Source of the DNA: Candidatus Gottesmanbacteria bacterium GW2011_GWC1_43_10
GTDB lineage: Bacteria; Patescibacteriota; Microgenomatia; UBA10105
NCBI GenBank assembly: GCA_000995415.1
Contig: LCEX01000012.1
Coordinates: 1 to 58,291, forward strand
Length of the DNA stretch: 58,291 nt
Direction: 5' to 3'
Made by a program: the position numbers and the translations under genes. Within the stretch, counting starts at the first letter, position 1; every line of letters starts with the position of its first letter. The notes under the pieces are model-generated. The model searched no databases, had not been told where the DNA came from, and saw only the letters and a list, made by a program, of their open reading frames with translations. Shown here one piece after another: positions 33,523-42,064 of this stretch.

Positions 33523-35337
33523 ATGGACCTAAGAAATATTGCCATCATCGCCCACGTCGACCACGGTAAAACCACCTTGGTTGACGGGATGCTCAAACAA
33601 ACCCATACTTTTCGGGCTAATCAGGCTGAGATGCAACAAACTACTATTCTTGACCGCAATGAACTCGAGCGGGAGAAAGGGATCACTATTCTCGCGAAAA
33701 ATACCAGTGTTACTTACCATGAGACTAAAATCAACATTATTGATACCCCCGGGCACGCGGATTTTTCCGGTGAAGTCGAACGGGTGATCAATATGGCTGA
33801 CGGTGCACTATTGGTCGTTGATAGCGCTGAGGGGCCACTACCCCAAACCAGGTTTGTGCTGGAACAGGCATTTAAACAAAACCTAAAAATCATTGTGGTG
33901 ATTAATAAAATTGATCGCAAAGACGCCCGGCCAAAGGAAGTTTTGGGGGAAATTGAAGAACTATTTTTGCATCTGGCTAAACATGCTTCCCAACTCACTT
34001 TTCCGGTGATTTATGCCGTCGGTCGGGAAGGCAAGGCCTGGAAAAATTTGCCGGTCGATTTGACTGCTCCCGGAGATCTACAACTGCTATTTGAAGAAAT
34101 CATTGCCTTTGTCCCGCCACCACAAGTAGGGATAGGTAAACCCTTTAAAATGCTGGTTTCTACTTTGGACTTTGATCCTTACAAAGGTACTTATGCTATC
34201 GGCAAAGTCTCTCAAGGGACAGTCAAGCCCGGGCAAACAGTGGTCGAGCTTTTGGAAAAAGAAAAATTGGGAACTTACAAAATCGAACAGGTATTTACAA
34301 GTGTTGGCCTTGCCAGACAGGAAGTAACTGAAAGTACGCCGGGAGATATCATTGCCGTCACTGGTCTACCAGAGGTGGGGATTGGGCAAACTCTGGCTGA
34401 TCTGCTGGATCCAGTCGGGTTTCCGGCAATGATACTTACCGAGCCGACGCTCAAAGTACAAATTGCTCCCAATACATCGCCTTTTGCCGGCAAAGAAGGT
34501 AAATTTGCCACCAGTCGGCAGCTGGAAGAAAGGTTAAAGCGCGAGAAAAAAACTAATATTGGCCTTAGGATCGAGATGAATGCTAGCGGAGGATTTATCG
34601 TCGCCGGCCGCGGTGAGTTACACTTGGCAATTTTAATTGAAAACCTGCGTCGGGAAGGCTATGAGTTGCAGGTAGGCCGTCCGGAAGTGATCGTGAAGCA
34701 GACAGAAAACGGAGTGGAAGAACCGTTTGAGGAAGTGACGATTGAAATTGGCAAAGAACATTTGGGGACGATCATTGAAGAGATGGGAAAACGGCGGGCC
34801 GAACTACTTGATACCATCACTCATGATAATGGTACTACCCGGATGCTTTATCTCATCTCCAGCCGTAATCTTTTGGGTTTCCGAAGTGATATGTTGACCA
34901 AAACCCGTGGACAAGGGTTATTTGCCAGCCGGTTTGTCGGTTTTAAACCCCAAACACCCCCTTTACCAAAACTTCGAAACGGCGTCCTGATCGCTTTTGA
35001 AACCGGCATCTCCCGAAGTTACGCGCTGGAGTCAGCTCAGGAAAGAGGTACACTGTTTATCGGTCCGGGCATCAAGGTGTATCAAGGGATGATCGTGGGC
35101 TTAAATTCCCGCCAGGATGATTTGGAAATCAATGTCTGCAAAACCAAAAAACTGACTAACGTCCATTCCGAAACATCGGATATCGCTATCAAAATCGATC
35201 CGCCGGTAGTCATGAGTTTGGAGCAGTGCCTGGATTTCATTGAGGATGATGAGTTACTCGAAGTGACGCCATTATCCTTGCGACTTCGCAAACGTTGGTT
35301 GACCAAGATTGACCGCGTCCGCGCCACTCGGGTATAA
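33523..35337 (+). CDS. typA: translational GTPase TypA/BipA
   Basis: [25 protein letters not shown] and NKIDR are present. The ~600-aa length and EF-G-like domains fit. Confidence 0.95.
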   Translation: MDLRNIAIIAHVDHGKTTLVDGMLKQTHTFRANQAEMQQTTILDRNELEREKGITILAKNTSVTYHETKINIIDTPGHADFSGEVERVINMADGALLVVDSAEGPLPQTRFVLEQAFKQNLKIIVVINKIDRKDARPKEVLGEIEELFLHLAKHASQLTFPVIYAVGREGKAWKNLPVDLTAPGDLQLLFEEIIAFVPPPQVGIGKPFKMLVSTLDFDPYKGTYAIGKVSQGTVKPGQTVVELLEKEKLGTYKIEQVFTSVGLARQEVTESTPGDIIAVTGLPEVGIGQTLADLLDPVGFPAMILTEPTLKVQIAPNTSPFAGKEGKFATSRQLEERLKREKKTNIGLRIEMNASGGFIVAGRGELHLAILIENLRREGYELQVGRPEVIVKQTENGVEEPFEEVTIEIGKEHLGTIIEEMGKRRAELLDTITHDNGTTRMLYLISSRNLLGFRSDMLTKTRGQGLFASRFVGFKPQTPPLPKLRNGVLIAFETGISRSYALESAQERGTLFIGPGIKVYQGMIVGLNSRQDDLEINVCKTKKLTNVHSETSDIAIKIDPPVVMSLEQCLDFIEDDELLEVTPLSLRLRKRWLTKIDRVRATRV

Positions 35338-35522
35338 CTGGATTCTCCAGATCGGTTTCCCAAACATCGATTAACCCACTTTTTTTAGAGAAGTATAATT
35401 ACTTCACAGCTGGAATATAAATTCCCATCTATATAGTGTAAGATAAAAGCTGGTGATATAAGTTACAAAAACTGACGTTTGATCTAACGGTTTGTTAAGC
35501 GTCACTAGAGGAGGTGAGGAAG

Positions 35523-35927
35523 ATGATCAAAGGAATTGAAAGCATACTTCTTTCAAGCCCAAATGCCAAAAAACTAGCCGCATTTTACAAAGACAAAGTC
35601 GGTTTGAAACAAACACTGGAAGCAGAGATGGGTGATCGGGGAGAAAAATTGTTTGGCTTTGAACTAAAAGCGGGCAGTGGTTTCTATATCATGGATCATT
35701 CGGAGGTCAAAGGCGCCAACAAGCAACCGCAAAGATATTTACTCAATTTTGAAGTAGAAGAGATCAATACAGAGGTCAAAAAGTTGCTAAAAAAGGGCGT
35801 CAAGCAAATTCAAGACGTATACCATGTAGAAGATTATGGTTTGATTGCCACATTTGCCGACGTGGATGGTAATTACTTTCAACTGGTACAAGTGCAGGTG
35901 GCTAAATCAAGCAATATTGTTAATTGA
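35523..35927 (+). CDS. VOC (glyoxalase/bleomycin-resistance) family protein
   Basis: GAGGAGGTGAGG SD upstream. IESILLSSPNAKKLAAFYKDKVGL...GLIATFADVDGNYFQLV is present. Confidence 0.7.
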   Translation: MIKGIESILLSSPNAKKLAAFYKDKVGLKQTLEAEMGDRGEKLFGFELKAGSGFYIMDHSEVKGANKQPQRYLLNFEVEEINTEVKKLLKKGVKQIQDVYHVEDYGLIATFADVDGNYFQLVQVQVAKSSNIVN

Positions 35928-35971
35928 AAACAGAGCTAAAATATTGGTATGCTGGAAGAGGCGAAAAGATT

Positions 35972-36039
35972 GGCCCGCCTCCGTTCAGGTTCGTCTCGAG
36001 GTCTACGTTCTCGCAGACGAAACTTTACTTCGGCGGGTC
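35972..36039 (+). other. nested stem-loop element upstream of a small membrane-protein gene
   Basis: The outer stem is GGCCCGCC/GGCGGGTC. The inner stem is TTCGTCTCGAG/CTCGCAGACGAA with one bulge. No U-tract follows. Confidence 0.4.
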
Positions 36040-36096
36040 TAAGAAACAGTAATTCTGATTACATCAGAAACTCTTTCTAAGAGGAGGTGAAAATTT

Positions 36097-36267
36097 ATGC
36101 CAGATATGAAACGTTGCATGGAGCCACATGCGTTACTCCATACCGGAGTGGGAATTGGTTTGGGACTCGTATTAGTGGGTTTAGTTCCCAGCGTGGCAAC
36201 TAATGCCTTGATGTGGGGGATCGTAGTCGTGGTGGCCGGTTTTGTCGGCGAGTTTTTAGTAAAGTAA
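36097..36267 (+). CDS. 56-aa small membrane protein
   Basis: GAGGAGGTG SD lies 7 nt upstream. MPDMKRCMEPHALLHTGVGIGLGLVLVGLVP..MWGIVVVVAGFVGEFLVK is present. This is preferred over the antisense track ORF 36039..36281. Confidence 0.5.
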   Translation: MPDMKRCMEPHALLHTGVGIGLGLVLVGLVPSVATNALMWGIVVVVAGFVGEFLVK

Positions 36268-36363
36268 TTTTTGGGTTTCATTATCTTTTAAATCCGTTAC
36301 TTGTTAAAAATAGTGTTTAAGTATAGTATAGCGGTGTTATTTAGTCCTATTGGTAAGTGAAAT

Positions 36364-36696
36364 ATGACGAAAAAGTGGCGCTCCAAAACTCTTCAGGAAT
36401 ATATCAATATCTTACGGGATCTGGAACGGGATGAAATCCGAAGCAAAGAATACGGTAGCATCTTGATCTTGGCCATCATGGAAGAAGTGGGGGAAATTGC
36501 CCGGGCGTATCTGGCCGAACATGGCCGTAAACCGAGTAATCTTCGAGCCCAAGAAGATGAAACTTATATTCACGAACTTGGTGACTTACTCGTCTCGATC
36601 ATGAAACTGGCTATTTATAAAAACATCAATCTTGATCACCGGATCGAATATACGATTAAAAAGATCACCCGGAGAAAACATCATCCGAAGGTTTAG
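36364..36696 (+). CDS. MazG-like all-alpha nucleotide pyrophosphohydrolase
   Basis: The EEVGEIARAY...ELGDLLVSIMKLA metal-binding EExxE...D pattern is present. Confidence 0.65.
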   Translation: MTKKWRSKTLQEYINILRDLERDEIRSKEYGSILILAIMEEVGEIARAYLAEHGRKPSNLRAQEDETYIHELGDLLVSIMKLAIYKNINLDHRIEYTIKKITRRKHHPKV

Positions 36697-36966
36697 TCAA
36701 TTTTGCTTCTGACTCTTCTTTACGTATGTAGCGTATGCGCTACTAGCGAAGCTCCCCAACAAAAATATGGCTGCGTAGTTAGTATATCTCTGGGTAAATT
36801 GGTAAAGCCACAAAACCGCGAGTACTAGTGAAAGCAACAGCCAATAAAGCGCGTGTTTTTTTGCCTTCTTTCGCATGTTTATCAATAGCCGGGCGAGCAG
36901 AAAAACGCTGATGAAAAGGGGTGAAAGTACGATAAGAATCTGGATATATTTCGTAAATTCTGCCAT
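36697..36966 (-). CDS. small membrane protein
   Basis: An 89-aa ORF with three hydrophobic helices. Confidence 0.45.
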   Translation of the reverse strand: MAEFTKYIQILIVLSPLFISVFLLARLLINMRKKAKKHALYWLLLSLVLAVLWLYQFTQRYTNYAAIFLLGSFASSAYATYVKKSQKQN

Positions 36967-37004
36967 ACTACAATTAGTATAAGCTAGTCACTTGAGCTTT
37001 GGCA

Positions 37005-37460
37005 ATGACCTCCATAAAACTAGCCGTTAAAGTTATCTCGCTCTTAATTCTTATTCTCATTTTTGTAAAAGTATTTTTTCCATTCTACCGTATCGGTTCT
37101 GGTTCGATGGAGCCAACACTTTCTGAAGGTGACGTGATCATTGTGAGCCGGTACCACTACAAGTTTTTTAAACCAAAACGTAGAGAGATAGTGCTCATCG
37201 ATCCAGCCTCAGGAGTATTTTCGAAAGGTACTCTTGCTCACCGTGTGATAGCAGTATCAGGGGATCGCGTGATCATCGCTAACGACAGAGTGGCGGTAAA
37301 TGGAGACGAAATCGAGTACTCAGTACTAAATAATGCTCGTCCAACTGATTTAGTAGTTCCGCGGGATAATATATTTCAAAAAGGTGATAATCCAGAGACA
37401 CGAACATACGGACTGGTTAACCAAGAATTCATTGTCGGTAAAGTGCTTTTTTACTTTTAG
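37005..37460 (+). CDS. signal peptidase I (S26), with His at the usual catalytic Lys position
   Basis: GSGSMEPTLSEGDVIIV (Ser box), LAHRVIAVSGDRV (KRVIG-box position) and FQKGDNPE are present. Confidence 0.75.
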   Translation: MTSIKLAVKVISLLILILIFVKVFFPFYRIGSGSMEPTLSEGDVIIVSRYHYKFFKPKRREIVLIDPASGVFSKGTLAHRVIAVSGDRVIIANDRVAVNGDEIEYSVLNNARPTDLVVPRDNIFQKGDNPETRTYGLVNQEFIVGKVLFYF

Positions 37461-39154
37461 CCAAAAGTAAACGCGTAAATTTCCAGATTTCCGTCCACAA
37501 ATTCCAATCGCAGCAGATGTTTTCCAGGGGAGTTAAGTTTAATTAATTTGTATAACCGATCAGTATCGACAGTCACCACCCCGTTTTTTACATCCTCCCC
37601 AGCTTGAGTTGTCACGATTTGGTTATCTAAAAACACTTTGACCTGACCGCTGCCAGTGCGTGGCCGCATCACCAGAAATACATTTTGGGCCTCAAAATTA
37701 AATTCTAGAGTACTCTGGGGCATGGGACTAGCGTATTCTCCGCCGATTGTCCAGACGCCACCGAAGGCAAAGTTGTTGGTGGGTAGACCTTCGGGAATTG
37801 AATAAGCTGCTGGCAGATCTTGTTGGATAGCTTCGGAAGAAGCCAAATTGGCCACGCGCAAATAACCCAGATAAGTTTCCGGTGTGCGGGCTTGGATGCG
37901 GTACTCGGGGTTAGTTATTGGCATTTGGGTGAGATCGGCACCGGTTTCTTTGAGTAGTTGCTGGATCATTTCTTCGGTTTGATCGTATTCACCTTCGCCA
38001 AAATGCGAATAGCGAATTTGCCCATTTTTATCAACCAAATATTTGGCTGGCCAGTAGTGATTGGCATAAGCATTCCAGATTTGGTAATCGTTATCTTGGA
38101 CAACTGGGTAAGTCAAACCAAAGTCAGTTATGGCGCGAGACACATTTTCCGCCTTTTTCTCAAACTCAAATTCTGGCGTATGGACGCCCACGATAACTAA
38201 ACCTTTATCCTGATATTTTTCGTACCAACTTTTGAGATAAGGCAGGGTACGGATACAATTGATGCAGGTATAAGTCCAAAAGTCGACCAAGACGACTTTG
38301 CCCCGAAGTTGGGTGATAGTTAATGGTTGACTGTTAAACCATTTACCACCACCGGCGAAATCCGGGGCAGCACCCAAATCTGATTTTAAAAAGTTAAACA
38401 TCGGTGATTTCTGTTTTAGTTTAGCAAGTTCCGGCTGAATTTGGGCGTTGTTTTCCAAACTAGTCAGTCCCGTGCCGTAACTTGGGAACTTTTGCAAAAT
38501 CCAAGTTTGAAACGTCCGATCTACATTAAAATAGATAGCGAGCGCAGTCAAGAGCATCACGAGCCCAAAGATTTTTTGCAGCCGGGATGAGTTTTTGACC
38601 AACCAAGGTTGTCTCGTCAACAGTTGTCTGCCACTAAATGTGATAAGTAGTAAAGGTATGGCAGTCCCAGTGGCATAGGCGAGAGTGATCAAAACTGCTT
38701 CCAAAGTGACGCGCGAGGTAGCGGCTAAAGTGATGATGCTAGCCAGAATTGGCCCGACACAAGGGGTCCAAATGAGTCCTAGACCCGCACCAATCACTAG
38801 TCCACCGCCAAAACCTTGACCGCGAGTTTGCGGCGCAAATTGCCCAAGTTTGGAAAATAGTCTTTCGCTTACGGCTTGAATTTGGGGAATCATGAGACTT
38901 AGTCCAAATCCAAACAGTATCAAGACAGCCAGATTGCGTAGTGTATCTACGGGGATTCCCAAGAGTTTTACCAGTGTAGTCAGAAACAAAGTAAAAAAGG
39001 TGAAGCTCAAGATAAACCCCAGGATGATCCCTAACGGCCGTTTGTGTCCGCCGGTCAAAGATCCAGTCAGCACAATCGGCAAAACTGGCAGAATACAAGG
39101 TGAGAGAATAGTGACAATTCCGCCCAAGAAAGCAAACAGGATTAACAACAGCAT
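37457..39154 (-). CDS. DipZ-like protein: CcdA/DsbD-type membrane domain plus thioredoxin-like (CxxC) domain plus C-terminal beta domain
   Basis: LSPCILPVLPIV and WTPCVGPIL Cys motifs are in the TM part. VDFWTYTCINCIRTLPY is the redoxin part. Confidence 0.85.
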   Translation of the reverse strand: MLLLILFAFLGGIVTILSPCILPVLPIVLTGSLTGGHKRPLGIILGFILSFTFFTLFLTTLVKLLGIPVDTLRNLAVLILFGFGLSLMIPQIQAVSERLFSKLGQFAPQTRGQGFGGGLVIGAGLGLIWTPCVGPILASIITLAATSRVTLEAVLITLAYATGTAIPLLLITFSGRQLLTRQPWLVKNSSRLQKIFGLVMLLTALAIYFNVDRTFQTWILQKFPSYGTGLTSLENNAQIQPELAKLKQKSPMFNFLKSDLGAAPDFAGGGKWFNSQPLTITQLRGKVVLVDFWTYTCINCIRTLPYLKSWYEKYQDKGLVIVGVHTPEFEFEKKAENVSRAITDFGLTYPVVQDNDYQIWNAYANHYWPAKYLVDKNGQIRYSHFGEGEYDQTEEMIQQLLKETGADLTQMPITNPEYRIQARTPETYLGYLRVANLASSEAIQQDLPAAYSIPEGLPTNNFAFGGVWTIGGEYASPMPQSTLEFNFEAQNVFLVMRPRTGSGQVKVFLDNQIVTTQAGEDVKNGVVTVDTDRLYKLIKLNSPGKHLLRLEFVDGNLEIYAFTFG

Positions 39155-39198
39155 AAGTTTTATAGATAGTCGTTTATATCTTAAACTATAGCACTTGT

Positions 39199-39702
39199 GT
39201 GATAAAATTGGTATCTATGGCTACAAATGGGCATTTTCACAGCCTGACGTATGGAACATGCAGTTTGGAGGATCTGCGTCAGCACGTGCTTGATTATTTA
39301 GCCAGCGAACCTGAGCGTAATTATCGTTTAGTGATCGGATCTGACAGTCAAGCTAAAAACCACTCGGACACCGATTTCGTGGTGGCTATCGTCATCCACC
39401 GTGTGGGAGCCGGCGGGATCTATTTTTGGAAGCGGATCATTGAGAAAAAACAATATGTCCTTCGGGCCCGGATTTATCAGGAAGCTACTTATTCACTCAC
39501 GACCGCCGAAGAATTTTTAGAATTACTAAAACGGGATGGGATCAGTAAGTATGATGTGGAAATCCATGTGGATATAGGAAAATTTGGGCAGACGCGGGAG
39601 ATGATCAATGAAATCGTCGGCATGGTCCGCGGTTCCGGCTTTGCCGTCAAAATCAAGCCGGATGCATTTGGGGCAAGTAAGGTAGCAGACCAATATACTT
39701 AA
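39199..39702 (+). CDS. YkuK-family (DUF458) RNase H-like protein
   Basis: LVIGSDSQ...DFVVAIVIHRVGAGGIYFW is present. The true start may be ATG 39217. Confidence 0.65.
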   Translation: MIKLVSMATNGHFHSLTYGTCSLEDLRQHVLDYLASEPERNYRLVIGSDSQAKNHSDTDFVVAIVIHRVGAGGIYFWKRIIEKKQYVLRARIYQEATYSLTTAEEFLELLKRDGISKYDVEIHVDIGKFGQTREMINEIVGMVRGSGFAVKIKPDAFGASKVADQYT

Positions 39703-39703
39703 A

Positions 39704-39765
39704 AACTCAGAACTCAGAACTCAGAACTCAGAACTCAGAACTCAGAACTCAGAACTCAGAACTCA
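39704..39765. repeat. perfect heptanucleotide tandem repeat (AACTCAG) x8 plus a partial unit
   Basis: Counted directly. It fills the convergent gap between ykuK-like (stop at 39702) and the PBP fragment (stop at 39772). Confidence 0.95.
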
Positions 39766-39771
39766 AATTGA

Positions 39772-41933
39772 TTACGGGCTGAGGCTGGGACGGGGAGAGG
39801 GAAAAGTCCCACAGCCGCCTTTGGGTTCGGTTCCCCGGACAAAATATTCGGTGATCCCAAAACATGGTAGACTCACGACATTTGGCGGTTGGGTAAACGG
39901 TTGATCAGCTTTATCCTGAAGTAATCCCTGCATGATCTGATTCCAAATTGGCGCGGCTCCGGTGACCCCCGAAGTTAAGTATTGATCCATGGGTGAGTTG
40001 TCATTATTGCCTACCCAGACGCCAACAACCAAAGAAGGTGTATAGCCCAAAGTCCAGTTATCACGTTTGTCGTTGGTAGTGCCAGTTTTGACTGCCACAG
40101 TTTTACCGGGGATAACTAAAGCCGAGTTGGGGCCAAAGGCTGGAGTTCGGGCGCGATTATCAGATAAAATGCTAGAAAGAATAAAAGCAATTTCAGCTGG
40201 TAAAGTTTGAGTGGTTTTGGGGTTGTCTTTTTCATAGCCGGAATATTGTAAGAGTTGGCTAGAGCTGATCGGATTGTCACCAGCCCATGAAATTTACTAT
40301 CGTAGTTGACCGGTGTATAAGCGGCTTGACCGGGGTTGGGGAAAGAGATGGGAGCGTCATCGATGACTGAAGCAGCGGTCAAACCATTTTGCAAGCCGGC
40401 GGCATAATTGACGACTTTGATACTCGATCCGGGTTGACGCTCAGAGAGAACGACATTGACATTGCCATCCTGAGAACTGAAATAGTCCTTGCTGCCGACC
40501 ATCGCTAAAATATCTCCGGTTTTAGGGTCAGTGACGATTGCTGCTCCGTTACCCACCCGCAGTTTAGCTAGGTCATTTACATTGTTGGTAACTATTTCCT
40601 GAACTTTTTCCTGCGTTGGCAAATCCAGAGTTGTAGTGATGCGTAAGCCTCCCTGGTCCACGATGCGTGAGCCAAATTGTTTGGTAATCAAGTCCCTGAC
40701 ATACATCACAAAATGGGGAGCTTTGATATTGGTCACCTGTGGCCGAAATTGTATTGGGGCACTAAGCGCAGCAGTGGCATCAGTTTGAGTGATGTAATCC
40801 TCATCAACCATCCGTGCCAAAACTTCGCGTTGCCTGACTTGAGCCAGCTCCGGCCGGGTGCCATAAGGAGAATACAGGGTGGGGGCTGCCGGAAGGCCAG
40901 CTAGGTATGCGGCTTCGGCCAAAGTCAAATCGGCCACTTTTTTCCCAAAATAAGTTTCGGCTGCCGCTTCAATTCCCCAGGCAATACCGCCATAAGGGAC
41001 TTGATTTAAGTACATTTCGAGTATTTGATCTTTGCTATAAATGCGTTCTGCCCAAAAAGCCAAAATCAATTCCTTAAGTTTGCGCTGGAAACTGACCTCA
41101 GGGGTAAGTAGCGCATTTTTAATCAACTGTTGGGTGATGGTTGAGCCACCTTGAGTATTGTGATTGATAAAAGTCTCACGTGCAGCCCGAGCGATACTGG
41201 TCAATGAAAATCCGGGGTGAAAGTAAAAATTACGGTCTTCAATGGCGATAGTCGCTTGTTTGACAAATTTGGGGATTTGCACTAGGGGTACTGGTTTACG
41301 GTCTTCATCGCCGTGGATTTCATAAAGCAGATTGCCACTGCGGTCAAAAATTTGCGTGGTGACGGGAATAACTCGTTGCGAAAGTAAACGGGGATTGGGT
41401 AGGAGTTTGATATACAGATAGAAATTATATGGAATAAACACAAAGATAAGAGTCACTAAAGCTCCAATTACCATACCTAGGATTAAGGGTGGGGGAGCAA
41501 ATCTGTGGCGGCGATAAACAGTTTTGGTTTTGATTTTGGTCAGTTTGGATTTTAAAATGGGTGGATGAGGTAGGTGAATTTTAGTCACCTGTGGAATTTG
41601 GTTAGCTAATCTTTGAGGTAAGAGGCTTAAGAAATTGATCGTTCGAAAAAAGATGAGTCGCAACTGGATAAAACTGAATTGGAGGAGAGACCTGGATTTG
41701 ACTAAGGCAGTGGTTGATTGTTTTAGCCAATCTTCAATTACAGTACCAATGGCTTCAGCCAGATTTTTTATAATACTAAAGGCCAGTTTGAGTACAAAGA
41801 GTATTCCTTTGGTGATAATTATCGTTATATCGCCAATTCTGGCTAAAAAGAAGATCACCGCGCTCCAAAGTGCGAAAATAAATTCAGGTTCGGTCTTTTT
41901 GGTTGTTGTGTCAGTCTGTTTTCGCGGCGGCAT
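39772..41933 (-). pseudogene. PBP1A-family penicillin-binding protein disrupted by an internal out-of-frame deletion
   Basis: The upstream ORF carries GT51 motifs (EDRNFYFHPG, GGSTITQQLIK), SSIK and SYNIPA, then goes out of frame near 40236. In another frame, YEKDNPKTTQTLPAEIAFILSSILSDNRARTPAFG..AVKTGTTNDKRDNW continues to 39772. About 85 aa between SxN and KTG are missing relative to the paralog. Confidence 0.7.
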
Positions 41934-41977
41934 CTTAACGGCGTTATACCATAGTTTATAGGACTTGTGAAGCAGAA

Positions 41978-41998
41978 AAGTAATATAGGATATTACTT
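41978..41998 (-). terminator. AT-rich hairpin downstream of PBP1A
   Basis: AAGTAATAT-agg-ATATTACTT is a perfect 9-bp stem with only a weak T-run. Confidence 0.3.
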
Positions 41999-42064
41999 AA
42001 ATTTTAAAAGTTAAATTATTTGTTGAAAATGAAGATTTGATTTGAAAGCATGCGACTCTTTCAA

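Noticed and set aside
33354-33998. Minus-strand and off-frame track ORFs over the typA 5' region (33354..33596, 33529..33756, 33539..33787, 33714..33998).
   Set aside because: They overlap the strongly supported typA frame or its leader, and they have no independent signals.
36039-36281. An 80-aa minus-strand track ORF.
   Set aside because: It has no SD or promoter context. The opposite strand carries a 56-aa hydrophobic ORF with a strong GAGGAGGTG SD at the correct spacing.
39704-39765. I asked whether the repetitive tract is a CRISPR array. The same question applies to 44374-44503.
   Set aside because: The period is 7 nt, with no unique spacers. There are no 25-40-nt repeats and no cas genes anywhere in the window.
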